This document shows, one piece after another, positions 39,048 through 49,500 of a stretch of 64,000 nucleotides of DNA (position 1 is the stretch's first letter; each line of letters starts with the position of its first letter). The stretch lies in the NCBI GenBank assembly GCA_977030845.1, contig OZ365116.1:21700001-21764000 (forward strand). Direction: 5' to 3'. This stretch comes from Fimbriosthenelais zetlandica (Eukaryota). The translations under genes and the position numbers were made by a program. The notes beneath the pieces are model-generated. The model saw nothing but the letters and a program-made list of their open reading frames with translations, did no database searches and was not told the origin of the DNA.

Positions 39048-40516
39048 GACCACTCCAGTATTGACGGGCGGGCTGATTTGACCGATTTGACCCCTGGGGG
39101 ATTTTTGGAGCACTCCAGGGGAGCGGGACTAAAGTTTAGCCCTGTCTCTGCCCCCTTCTATGATACCCACCGCTTCATTTCACCCACCTCCCGTCCTCCA
39201 TTCACCTAACCTCGCACACCGCTTTGTTTGCATCAAGGTCGGTGGCTGTGTTCTGGTGGAGAGGCCCGACAAGATGAACTTCACGCTCATCGAACAGACA
39301 CAATTACGAACAAATCGTAACAAATGCGACAACTTGTAGGGATTATAACACAGATTGTTATAGAGTGCTTAGCGCAGTGGTCACTTGTGATAGGGGCTTT
39401 ATAGACTGGGCAGGGTGCAATATAGGGAATGAACTAGATCCTCATCTGGTTCACTATAACTGGTCACTATTTATCTACACTCATTCTCGCCACCAACTAT
39501 CTATAGGCTCTCATCTTCTCTCATTTCCCCATGGTTGAATTCATATATAAAGATGACTATATTTGTGTCAGCAAAACCCTGATTCTTTCCCCTTTTCATA
39601 AAGTCCTCACCATTGGGCCAGAGACCTTTTGTACAATTCATCCATTGTTTGCACATGTTTTTCGACTGTTTGTATTGAAAGTTAAATGAAATGGAATTGT
39701 GCTTTATATGCCATACAAAATGTCTTTGGTCAATTTTTCTATTTTTTTCTGTGCTAAATGGACTTGGTGTATGTTAGTACATACACTCACCACATATACT
39801 TCGCGTGATGCGCTCCTCGTCATGGCCATGCATATTGCGTGTCAAACGAAGCGACGAATTGTAGGTCTTATAATATATTGTGACACAAAATTATGCCCAA
39901 AATTTGTGATTATTGTAATCGGGCGAGATATGTGTACCAGCTTTATAGGGACGTGACGGGCGGTGCTGCCAGCCCGGCCCATGGGTGCACGACACCAATT
40001 TGGTGCTTGTTTCAATGGAGATTGTTTAGAAATGTATAATTTTCATAAAGATTAGCATATTATCATGCATCTAATGCGTTAGAAATCGCGCTCCCCTGCC
40101 TATTCAATTTATATCAAAGCAAATGAAATACGGGAGGTCCAGGGTGAATGCCCTAGTTGATATTTTTATTTTCACCCATTCATGTGTGTGTGGTCTGCTT
40201 AATGTATAAGTGTCTCATGCAAATTTGATGGAGACATTTATATGTTATGTCTCCCATCTGATTAGCAAATTAAAGTCCTTTAATAAGGCCTATGGTAATT
40301 ATAACATTATGTGATCCATTTGGTAATATCATTGAAATTAGCTGGTTTCCTAACATTAATTTTATGTTGCCTCGTAACAACTACATTGTAATTATCATCT
40401 TTAAAATTTGGTGTCAAATACACAGGCTGAGTTTGTTAAAATATAGTATTTTCCTATCATTCTACTATTGTTGTTCATTTTATAGAGTTTATAGTTTGTT
40501 TTCTTTTTTGTTGCAG

Positions 40517-40598
40517 GTCGGATTCTGATGGACATCCCCTGTGTCGTATGTCAGGATCACTCTTCTGGCAAACATTATGGAATTTACGCCTGCGATGG
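40517..40598 (+). CDS. NR2E1: tll exon (82 nt, phase 1 to 2): first zinc finger, [27 protein letters not shown](G)
   Basis: Acceptor ttttcttttttgttgcag|GT and donor GG|gtgagt; NR zinc-finger 1 motif. Confidence 0.95.
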
Positions 40599-43500
40599 GT
40601 GAGTGAAATCTCCAACATTCACTTTTCAATTTCCTATTTATTGGAACCTATACAACCACATTATCAGAAAAAAAATCACCCTTTTTAAGATGAATTGCTA
40701 CGCATGGTGAAATTCTACTGGTGAAGAAGAGCGTGATATATTCAAATATTCTATATGTATTTCCTATGTTGACTTGGAGATGTATAAGTTAGAAGTGGAA
40801 ATATTGACACATCATGATACATGTAGAGGTGAAGCGGGGACACTACCGCCCTCCCGCGGCATTTACCTCAACCTCTCTCATGATTCATACTGCCTCAATA
40901 GGCTCCAATTCCAGCCCTATTCTCACACATATTAGTAAAGTTGTATCATTTCCAAATGGTATGGTCGATAACGTGCCTTTTTTGACCAAATAATAATTCT
41001 CTCTATTTTGTTTGCAGATGTGCTGGCTTCTTTAAGGTAAGCATTGAATTCTCCGATTAATGTACGAATTGAAAGTAGAATCTTTTGAAGATGATTTCAA
41101 CCAAATTACTAGTAAACTTTACAGTGTATACATGATATATAATATGCACAATATAATCAATTAAATAGAGCAAGTGAGAACTTCTAAACTTTGTCAGGAG
41201 TCAAGTCTTTTCTTTCAAAATTCGCCACGCCATGGTACATTCGCCCCAAGTAAAGATGTAAAAGTTTGGATGAAAACGTTTTTTCCCGTGGGTAATGGGC
41301 GAGCGTGTCTTTCAGGGTGAATAAAGTAAAAACTTGGCAAGACGAGCTGGTGTTTCACAGGGACAGAATGTAGGGGATGGTTAGATCATCCCATTTGACA
41401 AGTTTAGCAGTAAAGTCATAAGTCTGTGTTGTTGGCAACCAACCTGCTTTCCAAGTGCATTAAAATCGTTACTAAGTGCCACCTTTTCTTTATTTCCAGA
41501 GATCAATTCGAAGAAATAGGCAATATATATGTAAATCTAGGCAAGGAAATTGTCCCGTAGATAAGACACATAGGAACCAATGTCGTGCATGCAGACTAAA
41601 AAAATGTATAGAAGCGGGAATGAACAAAGATGGTAAGTAACTCACCTTCCCATTTATTTCTCTAAGACTTAAGGATATTTCTCCACAGGTCATTTACAAA
41701 ACCAACATTTCTAGAATCTTAAGGATGCTCTTGATTTAAGGGTTGAAACTCGTACACAAAGGCGTTCACAAGGGTTCACTCTGTGGCCCTTGAAGTTGAT
41801 TGGTCGTAATACAAGGGGGTATAATTTGCCTCCTGATAACAGATGTGCCTATTATTTAAATCACGTATAATCTAGGCAGGTTTCTAGGTCTGATCCATGT
41901 ATGTATTGTATAGATCTCATATATATATGACTGTGTGTCTTGACCTCTGGTAAACTACCATAGTGCCGAAAGCTAACCAAGGAGTGAGGTATAATACATA
42001 TCATTCAACTCGTACCCATCTTGGCTTATTAATGGGACCGGTAGGTATCATTAATGTCGCTGGGAAGTCGTCAGAATACATGTCAATTAGGCAGGTGGTC
42101 GGGGGGTGGGCGAGGGAAAGGTCTATAGGCTTTGCCACGACGTGGGAGTTCGTTTTGGAGCGAGGGAAGAAGGGAAGGGGCACTGGGAGGGGGGCAAAGA
42201 ACTGGTATTGAGAAAGAGGAGGCGTGGCCAACCAATTATCATCTAACAGACCCAATTCTTTCCATAGTCACCCGTCCTTGAAAGAATTGTTGTATTCATA
42301 TTGTTACTATGCTGGAAAATGCACCCGATGGTGCGACAGTTGGCACTGGAGTTGCTACAATTATTATTGATTACATGGTATGAAGGTGGTGTATAGAGTG
42401 GGTGGCATTTACCAACTCTCCACTATAAGGCCGTGTCATACCCGAGCAATAGAAACACCCCAAGAATCTATATCTTACACTTACAAAAGTAAAACCCTGG
42501 AATTTGTGTTATTTTCGCAAGGTTGTATTAGAAAAAGATATGGAATACAGGAATCAGTTGTCAGATTGGTTTCAAATTAAAGTATTGTGATATGTGTTCT
42601 TCGTCTTTGGGGAAAAATCTGGAGGAGAAAGGAACTTGAAAAGTTTCCTAGTCAGTAATCTGGTTTGTTTAGGAAGACTAGGGACACAATAACCACTATT
42701 CCAGCTGCCAATGTGTGACAAGCCAGGGACGAGTCGACTGTCAATATGGACAAGTCGCACTTGACAATAGCAGCAGGGATTTAGAGAACCAACGAGAATC
42801 CCCACCCCAATCCACCCCAGCGATTTTGTTAGACAAAAATCCAAAGACCCCCATAAAGACATGTAATATGTGTTTTATAGCTGTGCAACTGATGCGGGGA
42901 TTGGGAGTATTTTTTCCTCCATTTTTCATTGTCATAAGCCAAGGTCAACGCCATGTCATTGAAGTGTCGCGATGCTCTGTTGAACAGTGATTGGTCGCGA
43001 CCTCTACCTTCTCCCCGCCACACTATCCCACCAATGATCTTACATCCCTGGGGATGAGCTTGGCGAAGTTTGACTCAAATTAAAGTCAAATATTTGTAGG
43101 CCTGCTTTCTTGGCCTCTCATCACTGACACTGTCAGTGTAGGATTGTTGCGTGGTATTAGATGGCGGTGTGTATAGTGGGTATAAACGGGGGCTGATGGA
43201 GGAGCAGCCGACGTGTAGGTGGTCGCTGATGGGGGGAGGGTGAAGGAGAGGGGAGGTGTGGTAAAAGTAATATATATTGGTCCAATTGTAGGGTATCCTT
43301 ATCTAGGTTAAAAAAGGCAAAGGTCTCTCTAATCCTTCTCATTCCAATAGTTAATGGGAAAAATGTGCCATTAGTGTTGAGATAGGTGACAGGAGAGAGC
43401 GGGATTAGGTGGTGGGAGAGGTGGGTGAAGTGGAGGGCGAGGTGGGCTGACTTTCCATTCGGATCACTCGCCACGTCTGCTTGCACATCTATTCACCTTT

Positions 43501-46500
43501 CATACCCACTCAAGTGCCTTCCACTTGTTACAAAGCCTACAAGGTTTAGAGAGCGACTCTCAAATAATTCAAGTCCACAGAGGACCCCCATTCTTATAAA
43601 CATTTCAATAAACCCGAGAGATTACAAACATAAAATTCCAATTTTCCTCCTCGATCCCCCATATTTGCTATACTTAACAGATTGTACATTTAGATACAGT
43701 TAGTTTGAGTTTTTTTTGTCAATTTTTAGTTCTCACTACCTGAAGCACTCCTTCCAGCAAAAGCTAGGTAAATGTAGAATGTGGCCAGATAACTAAAATA
43801 ACTTTTTACGCTCAACGAAAACACACATTGGCCAGGGTAGATCTCTGGAATTTGTTGAAATGTCTTTAAAACTTTTGTTCTCGGGTCTGATTACTTAAGA
43901 CCGACCTGATCCCCATGTTAGAAGCTATTCAGGGAAGTATTAATCTCCCATTGGCTTCATGGTTATTTGACCGTTTCTTATAGCAAACTGATCCCAGATC
44001 TTGATTCTTAACGGGATCAAAAGCCAACTAATCAAGACTGACCACCTTTATGAAGTCATACAACTATATGGTTTAATTAATATAGATTTGTATAAGTAAT
44101 ACAAGGTGTTTTGTTAATGTTACATTGGCTGGGCTTCCATATTTTGAACCTGTTAATAACTTGACTAGTTTAATCAGTTTAGCATGTTTTCCCCAGCATG
44201 AACTTCTCAGACCTGGCCAGATTTGCCCGTTGAAGTCAATATGTATTATATATTGGGGAAATGTTTATGTGCGAAGGCCTTCTTAAGGAGTCCGTTGCTC
44301 TCACTGGCTAGGGACATAAATGGGCCACTTCCCGGGCCACATAGGCCAATGGAGGGGCTATAATTGGTGTGCATTTCTCTTGTGAAACAGGCCCCAGGAT
44401 TGCAATGAAAAATTTAATAGAAAAATGTTTTCAATACACGTGGCTTATCAATAGCCACAAATTGCATGCCAGTAAGAATAATTCCCCCCAAAGGCAATGC
44501 TCAACTTGACTTCGTGTGGTGCTTTAATTCCCTGAAATGACATGTAAATATCAAGCTAGTATGTAAATGTTGGAACATTTTGTCAATAACATACATGACT
44601 CCACACGCAAATGCTACATCAGGAGGGCCTGCATATGTTTCTAATTATCTTTTAATTAGGATGGAAGTAATGAAATATGAGAAGACATCGCGAACATGAG
44701 TAATTTATCATTGACTCATGAAACACTGAAACTGCCAATTCCCCTGAGAAAAAATAGGCAAATTGCTATTGATTGATCTATTAAAGAATGACAATCATCA
44801 GGTGTAATTTACAATACCTGTTTACCTGTGAGTAGGACTGGGTGGATGAAGCAACCTGTAGAGTGAAGCAGGCTCCTCATCTGAATTATGATGTCAAAGC
44901 TGCCTTAAAAAACCTGTCCCTGCAGGACATATTTTTCAACATCAAAAATCTTTTACTTCTGATGTGCATCTCACATTTCATTCAACTATAAATACAGCCT
45001 ATGTATATAAGACTTTAGTGCATGTCTAGCAGGAAAAATGACATTCTTCCCTTTAGTCAATTACTGATTTGGATGCCCCGATTATTTATTTCCCTCCATA
45101 TATAAGTAGACCAACGAAATGAGTCCGACAGAACCATTGACAGTGTGTCGGGGAAGCAATATACGTATAGAGAGACACGGAGGTAGAAGGAGAAACCACT
45201 GAGTGTGGTCCCAGGGCTGATTGATTTACTGCTCCTCAAATTGGCGCAGACTCCACTTAGGTGAAACTGCCCCCAACACAGGTGCAAACTGGGGGCCATT
45301 TCATAATTAGTCTTCAAACATATTTGAGTGTAGTTACCGGAAAGAAGGGTGGCGGTTAAATTGCCATAAACCACGAGGAAGGCGAGGCTTTTTAAGAATG
45401 GGATGCACGTGCTAGATTGAGGGAATGCATGTTGATGAATATCATATTCGTTTGTCATAAGACATCTGCAGGTTAGGTTCTAGTTTATGGCATAGTTCAC
45501 ACCAAACCATTCCCTTGACTCAATATATCCATTACAATCCATATCCAATCTCAAAGAAAGTATACATTCACTGAAGGAATGCTTCTTTATACAGGAGAGC
45601 CTGCAAAAATCTCCCCCAAACTCGGAGCATATTCAACATACTGAATATTTGAAAAGACAGAGAGATGGAAGGTCTGTTTGGAGAACTCGCATTTGAATTT
45701 CACACAAACAACCACCTGACCTGAGGTTAATTATTGAAACATTTTAAGTTAATTAACCTGGAAATTTTCATAACGATGTCCTACCTTTCCCTCCACTCCC
45801 GCCCTAGGCACCTTCCCCCATTTCCTATCCCACACTAGTCCCATGGGACTAATTTTCTGAGTGCGTGCACTCATCATTGAAGGGTTTGGGGCTGTACCCT
45901 TGAACACCGAGCTCTGAAAGAGAAGATAAAGATAGAGGTAGAGATATACATACCCTGGGGTTTTAAGTTAAGTGATGGAACACCTCCGCAATTGAAAGTC
46001 GGTACTTTTCAAAGCCTGGGAATAGTTGAGGGCACCAGTTTTGTTTTGGGCGGCGGATGTGCGGGCCTGTCGCGGAGGAATCCCCGCGCTGGTACAGCAG
46101 ATGTATGACTTGGTCGATGCGCCGTCCTCCGCCCTCCGCCTATACCTATCTACCTTGATACGCGCTTAATGCAAGGCTTCATTATTACGCCACTAAAATA
46201 ATCATGAACTGGGTACCTCAGCTGAACTTCTTTTGGATTTTCATTGCAGTTGAAGAATACATTTTGTTTCACGAGTTGAAATCATATTAATCGTATCTTT
46301 CCAACAATGATGTGGAATTGAATTTGGAACAGGATTTTGGAAATGAATATTTCTTTGCCGAGAACACCCTGCATGTTTTCTGACTCAGTCAGGTTTATCA
46401 TCTCTTGAATCGCGACAGACGATTTACATCGGCGATAAAACGCGGGGATAAATAGAGTACAATGATGGAGGGAGGACATAGAGAGGTGGAGACTGGTGTG

Positions 46501-49500
46501 GGGTGAGAGATGCATAGAGCTGATAGGGGGGCTATTTGGCAGGTAAATACAAAGGTCATTCTGTTAGGGCCTTTCTCTACGTCTCGGTGTCATATCGTGA
46601 AGGTGGCAGATTAAACTGATAACAAACACTATACCTTACTGAGTGACAAGAAATTACAGAATCTTTTAAATTACAAAATATCGGAACAGGGGGATAACGA
46701 GTGAATATCGTCCCTATATTTCGTTTATCGGTTATTTCTTTTATCGGTAAAGATGAATATTTTATGGACTTATTCACTCCTCAATCCTTCCGTCATTCCA
46801 CCTGCCCCTTGGCTAATATTTTCGTTTTTCTGTGGTCCACCGTGTATTTTAGATATGAGGTAGATTTCTGATAGCATGCTGATGGAGGCTATGTATTCCT
46901 CATGCACGGTCGCGGGATTGCATTCAAATCCACGGCAGCATGATGCATGAATTTCATCGCTTTCGCCCAGCTAAACTTTTTCTATCGCCACCGTAAATGT
47001 CAAGATCTAATCTTGACCTTCAATGCACAAACCAAGGTACTTTTCTATGACTTTATATGCATCATATCAAGAAATCCATTGTGAATCCAACCCAACGCTG
47101 ATAGAAATTTGGGAATGGGGGAAAGGGGGAATTGTACCTGCTGTTGCTGGCCTATTCTACGCCCCATAGGAACGCTGCTTGAGGCCAAATAAGTGACGTG
47201 AAATAGAATCCATCCCAGAAAGGCACCAATAAAGACTTTTAGGCTTCAGTCCATATAGTTTACCAGTGACTAGGGAAGGGACTATATTTGATTTCCAGCC
47301 CCTTTAGTCACAGCTATAGTCCTGTAGCACGCCTTGTTGGTCAGCATGACAGCAGTTCTAATAGTCCCACAATGCCCATCACCCATGCCTACTTGTGCCT
47401 GCTTTATTAATTGAGCCCACTACAATGACTTTATTAGATTTCCTCTGGCTTATAAAGGGGAAGGGGTCGCGGAGCTGCATGGCTTTGGCTTTATGCAGTT
47501 GCTGCCGCTTGGTTGCACGGTAAATGCTAAGACGTTGGATGGCATATGGACTTGCGGATGGATGGTTGTGGATAGTGGAGGGTAGAGGAGGAAGGGCAGT
47601 TACTGATTATTGTAATCGCGATCAGATTACCGGTCATGTTACCACCAGAGGAGACCAGCCCCACAAATGAATTTCAGCCTCACTTGTCGCAGTCAAACGG
47701 AACGTCAGGAACGTCTGTAAACGTCACCTCCCGGGACTGACGTCGGGTGGTCGTGGAGGCACTGCCGAGCCAGCGTCCCAGCCCACAACCTGTAATCAAA
47801 ATCAGACCTGTAAACTTGTACAGGCGTTCAATGGCACGAAAATCTCCCCCTCCTTCTCCGCCATATTTTTTGGCTTTAATTTCTAAGGACGAGTCTGTGT
47901 GCAAATTCACTGGGTTGGAAGCGTTCTTCACAGTCATTGCCACCTGGGAGGGGGAATTAAGGTGTCAAGGGCAGTGAATGGGGCTTATTTGGCGGAGGGT
48001 AACACATGGACAAGTTGGTAATGTAGAAGAGAGTATTTTATTTGCTTTTCCACAGACCCAGGCTGTGATTAGCCTTTACTTTATCACTAAGGAAAGGCAT
48101 GGGAGACGTTTATCATCAGTCAAGTATTTTTTGTGCTGAGCGTGTCTTCATTTTACCATTTCCTGAGCTTGTTTTCTTGCCAACACGTGAGAGGAATAAA
48201 GTAGACCTGGGTGAGAATACCACACATGTATCTTCAATCCACTCCACTCACCTAGTGGCCATTATTAAAAGATGCGCCTTGAAAAATCACACTTTTGTCA
48301 GTGCTAAATTACTTTTCCATTCATCTAAAAGACTCCTTTCCAATTTGATTCCTCATGGAATGAATATGAAATGACTCTCCTCAGATCAATCTACGATATA
48401 GAAATATGGTTTCTGGTGTTTGTGAGATAGTTTGAATGGTGTAAGGCCGTCTATAGGGGACAAAGATATATGATTTGTCCTTTCAAATATCTATTCCTCT
48501 AGAGGAATCAGAAACTTGTATTTGGTGGGAGAAATTGGCATTGAGACGATGGAAATTAGATGACTATATTTCAAAAGTCCCAAAGGTTGTTCCATCCAAA
48601 AAGTTGCCTCTCCCCCTCTCCCCCTGCCCCCTATCTCTCTGCCTCCTCTCCCCCTTCCCCCTCTCTCTGCCCCTCTCTCCCTCTCCCATTCCGCACCTGA
48701 TGTACATAGCGATTAGCTATTGGATGAAATGGTAGTTATCATTTATCATTAGCTGCAGGACTTGCCTGTCACTTCCTATTGAGAGACAAGAATGCTGACC
48801 GTCATGGAGACGTATAGAAGTCATCAGCACGCAAGTTTATGTGCCATCTTGGAGACCTGTGTCAGAGACAGCTATTCACAAGGTCATCCTTCACAGACTC
48901 TCGTCACACAATGTCATGCAATTTGCATTTTTCCCTCCATGTCCCATGAAAAACCCGCCAAACGCATGTTCCTTTGCATCTACATAATGAAAAGAATAAT
49001 AAAAATGACCGATTTCTGTATCAGATATCTATGTATGGATATTGGTATATACCTCAAAGGAGAGGAGGACACGGTTCCCAGTGTGGTTGTGTGTGAGGGG
49101 AAAGGGAAATGCAAAACCTGTCAAAATGTTTATGAAGTAAATTAAGTTACTATAGTTGAAGGCAGTTGATGGTGACAGTTCCATTGATTTGTGGGCGTTT
49201 CACATAAAACGCACGAGCAAAAAGCAAAAGATCTTATCAGGTGATGTTTAAATGTCATTTTCAATGTGGGCTAACCCATGACATCATTATTGTGGAAAAA
49301 TAATAGAGAACAGGGCGGGAAATGTATTAAGTTAGGACAATCGATGGGTTCTGTCCCATGGGTGGGAACGACAAAAGGTAGCAGACCATCTAGGGACATG
49401 TAACTTGACATAGTCTGATGTGAAATGTTAACGAACCACGCCTACGATTGATAAGTGACACATAATTTGTAAGATTCTAGTTCAGCTTGTACAAATGTCA

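Noticed and set aside
772-39956. The many 60-140 aa ORFs upstream of tll
   Set aside because: Many start at GTG/TTG, show no domain motifs and overlap in several frames; lengths are consistent with random ORFs in eukaryotic non-coding DNA.
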